From positions 290,301-315,374 of the forward strand of contig NW_013657631.1 in NCBI RefSeq assembly GCF_000142905.1: DNA of 25,074 nt. The letters run 5' to 3'. This stretch comes from Thecamonas trahens ATCC 50062. Taxonomy: Eukaryota; Protista; Apusomonadida. The notes under the pieces are model-generated. The model saw nothing but the letters and a program-made list of their open reading frames with translations. It did not search any database and was not told where the DNA came from. Numbering within the stretch: position 1 is the first letter of the stretch; every line of letters begins with the position of its first letter. A program made the translations under genes and the position numbers. Shown piece by piece: positions 10,454 to 20,668 of this stretch.

Positions 10454-10742
10454 TGGAGACGGCTGTGTGAGGCAAAGTGAGGGAAGGGGGGGGGGGGCGC
10501 GGCGGGCGAGGTGGGAAGGGGATGGGTGGGGGGTGGGGGGTGGGGCTGTGAAAAAAATTGCAGCAGCGCTCGTGGTGTCGGCGATTTCGCGGAAGCGAGC
10601 GAAGCGAGGAAAACAGGTGTGGCAAGGAGACAACAGAGGGAGGGGGACGGGGACGGGGACGGGGCGGACACACGTCGCGGGAGGAGACTTCTGGACTGCA
10701 GGCGGACGCAAACAGGACCGAGAGGCAGGCAGGCTAGTCAGC

Positions 10743-13455
10743 ATGGCGACGTTGTTCCAGGTGACGGCGCTGTATGAGTATGTGGCGCAGAACGAGGAGG
10801 AAGTGTCGGTGCCCGAGGCCGCCGTCCTCGACGTCATCGACGACTCGGACCCGGACTGGCCGGTGTGTGTATACAACGGGGTGACCGGGTATGTCCCCGG
10901 CAACTATGTCGAGCGCATTGAGGCGAGCGCACCTCCTCCGCTTCCGCCACCGGCTGCGCCCGCGGTGGTCTCGGGTGCTCTCCCGCCGCCGCCGCCGCCA
11001 CTCGACGCTGCCGCTCCTGCGCCCCCGCCGCCGATGCCGGCCAAGCCCATGGCGGACGGCCTGCTGAGCATGCCGGGCGGAGCCGGGGGCGAAGAGCAGG
11101 TTCAGGGCAGGGAGCGGTCGGGGACGGTCGATGTGGCGACGATTGCGCTGCGGGCGCTGTCGATGGCCGATGAGGACCTAGGTGACGACGCCGACGAGGA
11201 CGAGTGGGCCGACGATGGCTGGGGCGGGGACGACGGGTATGGTGACGGTTACGGGTATGGTGACGGTGACGGTTACGGCGACGGGGCTGGATACGGCGGC
11301 GGCGACGACGACGGATGGGGAAACGACGGTGGTGGTGGCGATGACGACTGGGGCTCGTCGGACGGGTGGGACTCGGATGGGGATGACGGCGGCGACGGCG
11401 GCGGCGGCGACATTGCGGGGGATGTCGACGATGTGTCGGACATGCTGTACGGGTGGGGTGTGATGGGCTACGACTACGAGGGTGCCGAGGAGGGCGAGCT
11501 GACGGTGGCGGCAGGCTCGCCCATTGAGCTTGTCGAGACGAGCGACGAGGACTGGTGGCAGGTGGCCACAATCGACGGAATCCGCGGGTATGTTCCGGCG
11601 TCGTTTGTGCAGGGCGAAGAGTCGAAGAAGCAGGTCAAGGCGTGGAAGAAGCAGGCCAAGAAAGCGCGCAAGGCGCGTCTGGAGGCCGAGCAGCGCGAGC
11701 TCAAGTCGACGGCCAAGGCCATGCGGAGCCTGAACAAGATGGAAGCTAAGCAGGCCAAGATTGACAAGCGTTTCTCCAAGATCCAGGCCAAGCAAAACGC
11801 CAAGCTGGAGGCCCGCCGTGAGCGCGAGGCCGCCAAGGCGCAGGCCCGCGAGTCGGCGCTCGCCGAGCAGACCAACGCGGCCATGGAAGAGTTTGAGGCC
11901 ACCACGCTTGCCACCCAAGAGTCCATGCGCCAGCGGGTCGACGCCCTTGCCGAACAAAAGGCCAAGGAGGCCGAGCGGATGGAGGAGCTTCGGCGGAAGC
12001 GGGCGGCCGAGGCGGCCGAGAAGAAGGCGGCGGCAGCGGCGCGGCAGGCCGAGATCGAGGCCGCGCGCCGGGAGCGCGAAGAGGCGACCCGCCGGAAGCG
12101 CGAGATGGCTGCCAAGCGCGCCGAAGACATGCGGCGGCAGCGCGAAGAGAACGCGCGGCTGACTCGCGAGAAAGAGGAACGGCGGCGGCTGGCGCTGGAG
12201 GAAAAGATGCGCCGCGAGAAGGAGTTGGCAGATGCGCGGCGGTCGGCGCCGCCGTGTGGTCCCGTCGGGCTCGTTGCGCTGTCCGCTTCGCCGGCCTTCA
12301 CCTGGCTCGGAACTCGGTTCGGTACGCGGCTCGTTTTCTGCTTCTTTCTTCTCTGTTCGTGTCTTCTCCTATGCCCCGCTCGCGCCACTCGCCGGGCGCC
12401 NNNNNNNNNNNNNNNNNNNNNNNNNNNNNNNNNNNNNNNNNNNNNNNNNNNNNNNNNNNNNNNNNNNNNNNNNNNNNNNNNNNNNNNNNNNNNNNNNNNN
12501 GTTTGGGACGCGGCTCGGGTCGCGGCTCACTTCTTTCGGTTCGTGCGGGCTCCAAGGGCGCCGCCGCCGCCACCGCCAGGGCTCCAAGGCGGCGGCCGAG
12601 TCGAATGCCGCTGTCGCGCGCTACGCGCCACAGGCGCAGGCCTATGCCGAGTCCAAGGCGAGCCCGCCGGGCTCAGCAGGAAGTGGCCGGGCAGCGCCGG
12701 CGACGGAGAGCAAGTGGCGGCGCGACTCGGGAGGCCGCCCGCGCGGCGCGCCGCGGCCGATGCCGACAGCGCCTGTCCCGAACCGACAGGCTCCTCCTCC
12801 GGCACCAGCGCCCGCGCCAGAGCGCAAGGTTGAGAAGCCGCCGGCACGGGCAGCGCCAAAGTCGCGGTCAGACCCGCCGTGGCTCCGCCGCGACCGCAAC
12901 GTTGACGCACCCGCTGCCGCACCCAAGGCGCCCGAGCCGCAGATGGTGGTCAAGCATGCGGCTCGGACCGACGGGCAAGCCGCGCCGTGGCAGCGCCGGA
13001 GCGAAGTTACACTTGGCGAGCAGGCGCCCGAGCCCGAGCCTGAGCCCGAGCCTCAGCCCGAGCCTGAGCCCGAGTACTACGAGCCCGAGCCGGAGCCGAC
13101 GTGGTCGCGCGGCGGAGGAGGCGGCGGAGGCCGATCGGAACCGCCTTGGAAGGCTGCGTTGGCGGCGGAAAAGGCGGCGGCTGGCGGTGGGCCGGCCGCG
13201 CCGGAGAGCGGTGGAGGTGGCGGCGGCGTGCGGACCAAAATCAAGCTCTACTTTGGCGACGACGTACGCAAGGTCGTTCTTATGGCGCCGTTCTCGTTTG
13301 GTGAGCTGCTGGAGGGTGTGGAGGCGCGTTACGGGATGTCGGGCCTTCAGCTCGCGTACAAGGATGAGGACGGAGACATCATTGTCATGGTGGACGACGG
13401 TGACATCCCGGAGCTGATGGAGCAGGAGAAGATTGCTGTGTATGTGTCACAGTGA
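10743..13455 (+). CDS. SH3 - Pro-rich - acidic/Trp - SH3 - coiled coil - Pro-rich - PB1 scaffold protein; intron with assembly gap at ~12242-12580
   Basis: SH3-1 ALYEYVAQNEEEVSV...GYVPGNYV; SH3-2 GYDYEGAEEGELTV...DWW...GYVPASFV. The PB1 domain TKIKLYFGDDVRK...LAYKDEDGDIIVMVDDGD has both the basic Lys and the OPCA motif. Exact splice sites cannot be resolved across the gap, and the two halves could be separate genes. Confidence 0.75.
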
Positions 13456-13884
13456 AGATGGTTGCGGAGCGGTGGGGTTAGGGGACGGGTTGTGCTCGAG
13501 AGAAGACAGGAGGGACGCTGCGGAGGACAGCGAGGAGGTAGACGGAGAGGGCAGCGTGATTGGCGCGATCGGCCGACTCGGCTGGGTCCATGGATGCCGG
13601 AGACAGGCTGAGGACCACACAACGGCCACCAACTCTGCGTCGTCGCCGATGCGGCACCATTACGGGCGCGGCGTCGACGCTGCGGCGAGGCGGTGCCACC
13701 GGACTGCACCGCTCGAATATGTGAGATGTAGGCCGCATTGACGGCAGCGAGGCACGCACCACGCGACTCTACACCACCTACAGCAAAGGCAACACCACAA
13801 ACACGAGGCACAGGACACGTGATACACCTGTACACCGAACCCCTTTCACTGGCGGAGCGGTACAGCGGGCATTCGACAGAGACT

Positions 13885-14232
13885 ATGGATACCGGAGACA
13901 CGCCGAGGACCACACAACGGTCACCAACACCGGAAGGAACGTATGGATACGCCATCCATTACGCTTCGTATCGCGGGGATGTTGAGGAACTTGGTCGGCT
14001 CGTGGAGGGCGGAGTTGACGTCAACTTGACCTCGAATGACCTTTGGACACCGCTCATGGGTGCCGCCCAAAACGGACACGTGAAAGCCGTCATGTTCCTT
14101 CTTGCCGCAGGTGCAGATCCAGAGCTCGTGAATGAGGATCGCGAGACGGCCGCTCATTTGGCCTCAAATGGAGGTCACAGCAACATCGTCCAACTCCTTC
14201 GGGAGCATTCGTTGTCCTCTCGGGCAGTGTGA
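13885..14232 (+). CDS. Small ankyrin-repeat protein (3 repeats)
   Basis: YAIHYASYRGDVEELGRLVEGGVDVN, WTPLMGAAQNGHVKAVMFLLAAGADPE and ETAAHLASNGGHSNIVQLL. Confidence 0.85.
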   Translation: MDTGDTPRTTQRSPTPEGTYGYAIHYASYRGDVEELGRLVEGGVDVNLTSNDLWTPLMGAAQNGHVKAVMFLLAAGADPELVNEDRETAAHLASNGGHSNIVQLLREHSLSSRAV

Positions 14233-14473
14233 GTCTGCGCAAAGAGGATGTTAGCTCGAGCCACACGTCCCACGCATGAGAGCAGGGCGCGGGACACGAA
14301 GCGACACAAGCTGCGACAGATGGCCCGAACAGGGATGTGCGGCCCGGGTTGCCGTCGCGGTGACGAGCCGAGGAGAGCATGGCCGAGGCGTGCGCGAGAC
14401 GGCGTACGACGCCGATGCGGTGGAAACTACCATGGTAGAGTGACGACGGGGGGGGGGGGGGGGGGACTGACCC

Positions 14474-14702
14474 TATGGGGCGCACGACATCATCGACGGC
14501 GACGTGACCAAGTTCTCGGCCGCCGAGCGCGACTACATGTGCATCATTCACGAGCTTATTGGCGAGGACAACCACCCCTTTGACACCACAGTCACCGCGG
14601 ATGTGTCCGTGTACCATATGCAACGGCATGATGGAGACAGAGACCCGGCGGATACGGGAGCTGCCGCACACCAAGTATGATGAGGAGAGCTTTGCGCCGT
14701 AG
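14474..14702 (+). pseudogene. Possible decayed coding remnant
   Basis: Coding-like frame YGAHDIIDGDVTKFSAAERDYMCIIHELIGEDNHPFD shifts to CNGMMETETRRIRELPHTKYDEESFAP*. No clear start. Confidence 0.3.
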
Positions 14703-14704
14703 GA

Positions 14705-15012
14705 CTAGCGGGGTGGCTGTAAGGCGGCGATGGCCTTGTCGACGTCGGCCTTGGCGTCGGCGACCTCAGCCTCGAGTTTGTCCACGCGAGTGGCGGTTAC
14801 AGTAGAGGCGCCAGCACTACCGCCAATGTCGTTGCCGGCAGCGATGGTCTCGCGGAAGTGGGAGGCCGCTGGCTCGGAACTGGCGCCGTTGACGATGAGG
14901 TTCTAAACGTCTTTCACAGCTGCGTTGGCGTCGCAGCCGACGCAATCGAGAACACCGCCTCACCGTAGGCACCGATATCCCATACATCGGCACCCGCTGC
15001 GAGCAGTGCCAT
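14705..15012 (-). pseudogene. Decayed ankyrin plus coiled-coil gene remnant
   Basis: MALLAAGADVWDIGAYGEAVFSIA (ankyrin-like), then a frameshift, CDANAAVKDV*NLIVNG (in-frame TAG at 14903-14905), and RVDKLEAEVADAKADVDKAIAAL (coiled coil). Confidence 0.5.
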
Positions 15013-15149
15013 GGTTGCGAGGATGTTGGAGAGCTAAAACTGTGTGTGTCTGTGGACGTGTCGAATGGAAGGAAGCACGCCCACGCGGAAGCTGCAGCAC
15101 CGGGACGGCACGGAGTGGAGCACACATGACTCGAAGCAGAACCAATACA

Positions 15150-16525
15150 ATGGGTATGGCAGGAACATGTCTGGGAGCCCCACATGCTGCGGTTGCAGTT
15201 GCTGTTGCGGTGGTGGCTATGGCGACGGTGTGTTGCGGGTATCCGTATGTGGGCGGCAATGCGCAGCGGAGCGGATTCATTTCTGCCCCGTCGCACCGCC
15301 AGCAGCCGAACATGACGTGGGCGTACAACAACGTGAACGGGCACTCGTTTGTGCATGTGCCTGTGGTGGATGCCGCAGGAGGAATGGCATATACGACCTC
15401 GGCGGATGGCTTTATCTACGGCATCGACATGGCTACCGGGAGCGAGGTCTTTGAGGCGTGCGTCGGCACGCCGCCCGACTTTCCGGCGATCCGTGCGAGA
15501 ACACTGGGTTCAAGGACAACCCGTTTGGCCAGCTGACGATGGTCGCCAACGGCAACGCGTCGACAGGCAATGCGGTGGTGGTGATGCGGAAGCCGCGCGG
15601 TGCGGCGCAGGAGATGGTGGCCATCGATGGCGGGTCCGGAGAAGTCCTGTGGCGACACAAGCTGTACCAGGGCGGCGATCCAACGTCGTGGGGTGTGTTC
15701 CTTTCGCTGCCGGCGGTGGTCCACGAGGCTGAGACCGGGCTGGAACTGGTGGTGGTCTGGGTCAAGGATACCCAGGTGGCGAGCGGGATCGGAGCGGTGC
15801 TGACGGTGCTCGACGGCGCCAGCGGGGCGGTGGTGGCGGCGACGACGTACCTCACTCCGCAGGATCGGGTCTTTGCGCCGTTTGTGGTCGATCCGAGCGA
15901 CCAAACGCTCATCGGGCAGTATGTGAACGACGTGCAGCCCGAGTGTGGCAGGTCGTACGGGCAGTACATGAAGTGCACCGGGCTGGGCAAGTACTCGCTT
16001 CGCGGCGAGAGCGTGATGTGGAATCAGACGATGCAGGACGCGTTCACGTATCGAATGCTTGCGCTGGATGCGGCGCGCGGAGTGGTGCACGTCCCGGGCT
16101 CGACGCAGTACGCATACTCGTACACGGACGACGGACGGATCCGGTGGAAGATCATGGCGGCACCGTCGACGGGCGGCATCTTTGCGCCGACGGTGTGCCC
16201 GGACGGGACGGTGGTGTATGTCAACGACGAGAACGAGATCACGGCGTGGGATACAAGCGTGCGGCGGCCAAAGAAGCCGATCTGGCAGCAGGGCTGCTCC
16301 ACAGAGTGCCCGCCACAGGCCACAGTTGTGACGGACGGGACGTTGTACCTGATGGAGGCCAACTCGGTGGTGGCGCGGAGCTGTGCGACCGGCGACGTGC
16401 TGTGGACCATCAACTACGGCTCCGGCTACTCGTTTACCAACACAGTGGCAGTGGCGCCAGATGGAGCCCTCTACGCCAACGTGTACCATCCGGGAGTGGG
16501 CGGGGCGCTGATCAAGCTGGAGTGA
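15150..16525 (+). CDS. Secreted PQQ-like (BamB-type) beta-propeller protein; apparent 1-nt frameshift at ~15480
   Basis: Hydrophobic leader, YPYVGGNAQRSG, and repeated blades (DGFIYGIDMATGSEVF, MVAIDGGSGEVLW, YSYTDDGRIRW, VARSCATGDVLW, AVAPDGALY). ORFs 14925-15536 and 15458-16525 join if one T is added in GAC TTT CC. Confidence 0.8.
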
Positions 16526-16589
16526 GGTCGACGACGCTGTGCACGCGGGAATAAATGGGTCAGTTTTCATCGGTGTGGCGGTCGGCCTT

Positions 16590-16767
16590 GGAGGTGGGCG
16601 GGTATGGGGCATGGGATTAAGGATCGATGTGAATGAATAGGATGGCGACGATGGGTCAGTGTGGGGTGTGAGAGATGAGGAAGGCAGGTGCTTGGACGGC
16701 GAGGGAGAGGAGGGCGGACAATAATCGAGTTGAACGTTGAATTAATTGAAGGGATGCAGGAACGGGC
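16590..16767 (+). repeat. Repeat family A, 3' fragment
   Basis: Shares GTGTGGGGTGTG..GATGAGG.AGGCAGGT.CTTGG.CGGC and GAGTTGAACGTTGAATTAATT...GGAACGGGC with ~17430-17604. Confidence 0.8.
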
Positions 16768-16900
16768 ATCAAACGCGGCGATATCGGCCACAACAGCAAC
16801 CAGAGGACATACAAAGCATGCACAGCACATGTATGACTAAGAAACGGGTGCCGGTAGAGGCTGGCAGGAAATGGGGTGAAGGCGGGTGACGTTCAGGTCG

Positions 16901-17604
16901 ATGAGCCGAGGTCGATGGGTATCGATGACGACGATATTGATACTGGTGCTAGTGTGGGGTGAGTGATGACCTTGGGTGTGGTCGCGAGTTGCGTAGCTGG
17001 TAATGGGAGGGAGCTAGGTGGTGATGAAGGTGGGCTGATCGGGCGAGTGGGCGGCGGCTGGCGGCTGGTGGACGGCGAGGCAGGGGCAGCAGAGGGGGCT
17101 GGGTCGGGGCTGGGTGGCTTGCGACTGCTGTTCGTAGGTGGACAGGAAGTATGGCATGTGATGGTTGACGGATGTCGGTGTCGATGTCGGGGATGAGGAT
17201 GGGGATGAGGTAGAGCGAGGAGAGGAGGAGGTTGAGGAGGAAGAGAAAGCGGTGAGCGCGATGGGATGGTGGTGGGTATAGCCAAGGCATGGAGGTGGGT
17301 GGTTGTGGCTGCAATGATAGTGAATGTGGTGCAGTAGGGGGTGAGGGTGGTGGTTGGGGTGATGGGGCGTGATGGGTATGCTAGGGGGGGATGAGGGGGG
17401 GTCGTGACGTGGATGGCGTGGCGGGCGAAAGGATAATGGGTATGGAAATTGGGCTTTAGAATTGATATGGGTGGGTACGATAGGGCTGATGGGCGGGTGT
17501 GGGGTGTGGGGGATGAGGGAGGCAGGTACTTGGCCGGCAGGGGGAGGGCCGCGGACATTAATTGAGTTGAACGTTGAATTAATTCAAGAAAAGCCGGAAC
17601 GGGC
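16901..17604 (+). repeat. Repeat family A, copy 1 (core plus 3' end)
   Basis: Colinear with 22478-23010, 23030-23625 and 24427-25074. Shared blocks: GAGCCGAGGTCGATGGGTAT, TTGCGTAGCTG, GGAGCTAGGTGGTGATGA, ATCGGGCGAG, GCCAAGGCA, GGGGGATGAG, GGTCGTGACGTGG. Confidence 0.9.
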
Positions 17605-17978
17605 GGCGGGGAGGGTGCCTGACGCTTGCTACTCCGAGGCCGACTCGGAGGTGGCCTCGTGTGGTGGTGGGACCAGGCTGTCGACGACCCAAGGCGATGC
17701 GACGTCGAGGTGCGGTTGGGGCTGCTCTCCCAAGGCAAAGGTGACGAGATCGGCGCAGGTCGACAACTTGGACGACCCCCCCCCTCCCCCCCCNNNNNNN
17801 NNNNNNNNNNNNNNNNNNNNNNNNNNNNNNNNNNNNNNNNNNNNNNNNNNNNNNNNNNNNNNNNNNNNNNNNNNNNNNNNNNNNNNNNNNNNNNNNNNNN
17901 NNNNNNNNNNNNNGAACCTAACGTTGGACCCCGACCCCCCCCCCCCCCCCCCCCCCCCATCTGGTCGCCCACTTGCGT

Positions 17979-18122
17979 CAGACCTCGCCGTACAGCGCGT
18001 ACTGCTCCGCCAGGGGGTAGGATGGAGGGAACAGTTGCTGTGCGTGGTGTGTGCGTCGTTTTTGTGGCGGTGGTGCGCTCATAGCTGGTTTCATACCCGC
18101 GGTGGGGGGGTTGAGGGGATGG
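17979..18122 (+). repeat. Repeat family B, copy 1
   Basis: CAGACC.CGCC.TACAGC...TGTGCGTCGTT.T.GTGGCGG...GTTTCAT.CCCGCGGT.GGGGGGTTGA matches 20742-20885. Confidence 0.75.
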
Positions 18123-18154
18123 CGGGCGGGAGGATAGGTCGAGTATAAAGAATC

Positions 18155-19263
18155 CTAGGTCGTTGGCTCCACAAGCAAGATCTGGGCCACGTTGGTGACG
18201 TCGTATGCTTGCGGGACTGGGTTCTCGTTGATGCCCGATTCTGTGGTCGGCAGGTACACAATCTGGTTGAACGTCGACTTCCTTTGGAGATTGCACGCAC
18301 CGACGGCCATCGACGGCCCAGCCTGTGCAAAGTACGAGCAGGCAAACGAGTAGAGCTCGATGTCGGCCAGCGGCGTGTCGGACACGTCGGTAAACTGCAT
18401 CGTCTCCTCGGTGATCGAGACCGTGATCTCGGCGAGAAGCATAGTGGGGTCATAGTAGTAGTTGCCTCCGCGGTTGAAAGTGACACCAAGTAGCGGCGCG
18501 TCGTTGGCTCCTCCACTCTGAATGAGCGCGACGACGCCGTACTCGCCCGCGGGGATGACGACAATGTTGTCGTTTCCGGGTATGGCGATGCTCGCCGTGC
18601 CGGAAAACATGAGCGTCGCACTGCAAACAAACGAGCTGTTGTGCAGGACACAGTTTGCAGTGTTGATCGCATACGGATTCTGAGTCGTCGCTGTGAACGA
18701 CTGTGTGGCTCCGGTCGACGGATCGATGATCGACATCAAGACCGTGGCGTACTTATCCGGGCTGGAGCCGATGTGTTTGATCATTCCGTCGGTGTCGAGT
18801 CCCATCCAGCCGGCACAAGTCGGCGCCATCGACGTCTGCAGCGTCGTCACACTGCACTTGCTGCCTGCCACCGTCACCATCACCAGATTCTGATCCTCGC
18901 CAATGTACGCGTACTTGCCCGAGCCGAGCACCACAGCCGGCGCCATCGGGGCCAGGCCAGGCATGTCCACGTTCACCAGCACCATCTTGGCCGGTGGGAG
19001 AGAGGCACAGCTCGCCGAGAGCGGGACAGCGAGATTGGTGACAAAGTCGACAGTTCCAAGCAGCGTTGTGTTGTTCTCGGGAATAAAGGCAAAGATGCGC
19101 GGCGAGTGCGGCAACTCGACTCCCTTCGACCGAGCCGAGTCCGAGTCCGAGTCCGCGATGGTGACGTCCACGACGGAGCTGTCGGCGGCATGCAGCGTGC
19201 TGGCAAACAGCACGCAGAGACAGAGACAAAGACAGAGAGACGAAAAAGAGAAGAAGTACGCAT
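18155..19263 (-). CDS. Orphan secreted, Cys-containing, beta-rich protein; start ATG is one base out of frame
   Basis: Long open frame with coding-like codon use. ATG at 19263 in CGCCATG context gives MRTSSLFSSLCLCLCLCVLFASTLHA (signal peptide) if the T5 run at 19243-19247 is T6. No family recognised. Confidence 0.65.
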
Positions 19264-19705
19264 GGCGAGTATGTACTGCCGCTGGCGAGTCAAGTCTGGG
19301 CGAGAAGGCGAGCAAGCAGTGTCCAACTAGACACTACTTGCACGGGGAGTGACCGTCGCCGCTCACTGCAATTCCACGGAAAACTGCCCCAACGTAGCAA
19401 CGGCGTCTCCAAAAGGACTGTGGTCTTATGGTGCCGCTCTTGCGATCAAGCAATTGTTTCTGATACTTAGGATGCCTGCTCTGGTAGTGCACATCACACA
19501 CAATATGTGTACAGTGTATGCCGCTTGAAGAGCCTATGTACCGTTGTAGGCATGGTCATGGTTGCAGGTCAGGCCTCGCATTAGCAGAAAACCGCGCTGT
19601 TCAGTCAAAAAAACACTAATATTGTGGGGGGCCTGGGGGGGGGGGGGGGAGGGAGTGGGGGGGGGGGGAGAGGAGGAGGGCATACGTGACTTCAACAAGA
19701 CAAGA

Positions 19706-20542
19706 ATGATCGCTAAGGACGGCCGTGTGACTTGTGGTGTGAGCCTGGAGGTTATGGACGCTCGGCTGGAGCGAATGGAGCGACTGCTCAAGGTGGCGGT
19801 GCTGGGCGTGGTCGGCCTGGCTCTCCTTTTGTGCCTCGTTGGTCATCGGCTGCATGTGGCCAAGACTGAGGCCGAGATGTTAGTGGCCGAGGCGCGGGCT
19901 GAGGTGATGGCGTTCAAGGCGCAGTTCACCCGGAGTGCGCTGCATGACGGGGCCAAGTCGCTGATGAAGGATCTGATGGGCGAGGCGCTGGCGACGCTGA
20001 CGGGCGAGGTCTCGCTGCTTCCTTCGGACCCGATCGGAGTCATTGTGGACAACATTGTGCGGTACGACTACTCTCAGCTGGTGGTTAAGGCGCACAACAT
20101 CACATCGGCGTACCAAAAGACGCAGCGGTATGCTAACCAGTTTGACGAGGTGTACAACACCATCTCGCTCCTGGCGAGCATCTTTGAGAAGGCAGCGGAG
20201 GTCGAGTGGCTCAAGACGGCGCCGGTGACGGACAAGTCCATCAAGGCCGAGTCTGGCGACATTGCGCTCAACATCAAGTTCCCGCTCTTTGACTACCTTG
20301 TCGACTCGTTTGATCCGGTCACGCTCGCCTCGCTCGGCGCCGACTGCGTCGAGCTCGCCGACCGGACCACCCGCAACATCGACTGGTCCGGCGCATACCC
20401 AACCCAGGGCTACTACCCGCCGGACGGGTACACCTCGTGGGATGCCAACAACGGTATCCGTATGGTAATCCGCGACTACATTCACCCGATCTGCTCTTCG
20501 CTCGCCGCGCTCGACACCCTTCTCGCCGAGATGGAGGGCTGA
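19706..20542 (+). CDS. Hypothetical single-pass (type II) membrane protein
   Basis: MIAKDG...MDARLERMERLL, then a TM segment VAVLGVVGLALLLCLVG, a short coiled coil and a helical ectodomain with 2 Cys. Strong GC3 bias. Confidence 0.75.
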   Translation: MIAKDGRVTCGVSLEVMDARLERMERLLKVAVLGVVGLALLLCLVGHRLHVAKTEAEMLVAEARAEVMAFKAQFTRSALHDGAKSLMKDLMGEALATLTGEVSLLPSDPIGVIVDNIVRYDYSQLVVKAHNITSAYQKTQRYANQFDEVYNTISLLASIFEKAAEVEWLKTAPVTDKSIKAESGDIALNIKFPLFDYLVDSFDPVTLASLGADCVELADRTTRNIDWSGAYPTQGYYPPDGYTSWDANNGIRMVIRDYIHPICSSLAALDTLLAEMEG

Positions 20543-20668
20543 TCGAAGCCGGCGTGAGTGGCCGACATGCATCACATGCCATACAGTATATTTTGCAAAG
20601 AATAGAGCCGTATCATCACATCATCGAGAGCGGGAGAGGGTGGAGCAGCAAAGCCAGAGACGACCACA

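Noticed and set aside
13474-13489. GGGGTTAGGGG telomere-like motif
   Set aside because: A single unit, expected by chance in G-skewed sequence.
17632-17650. CTCCGAG-N5-CTCGGAG hairpin just after repeat copy 1
   Set aside because: A 7-bp stem is common at this GC content and is not seen after other copies.
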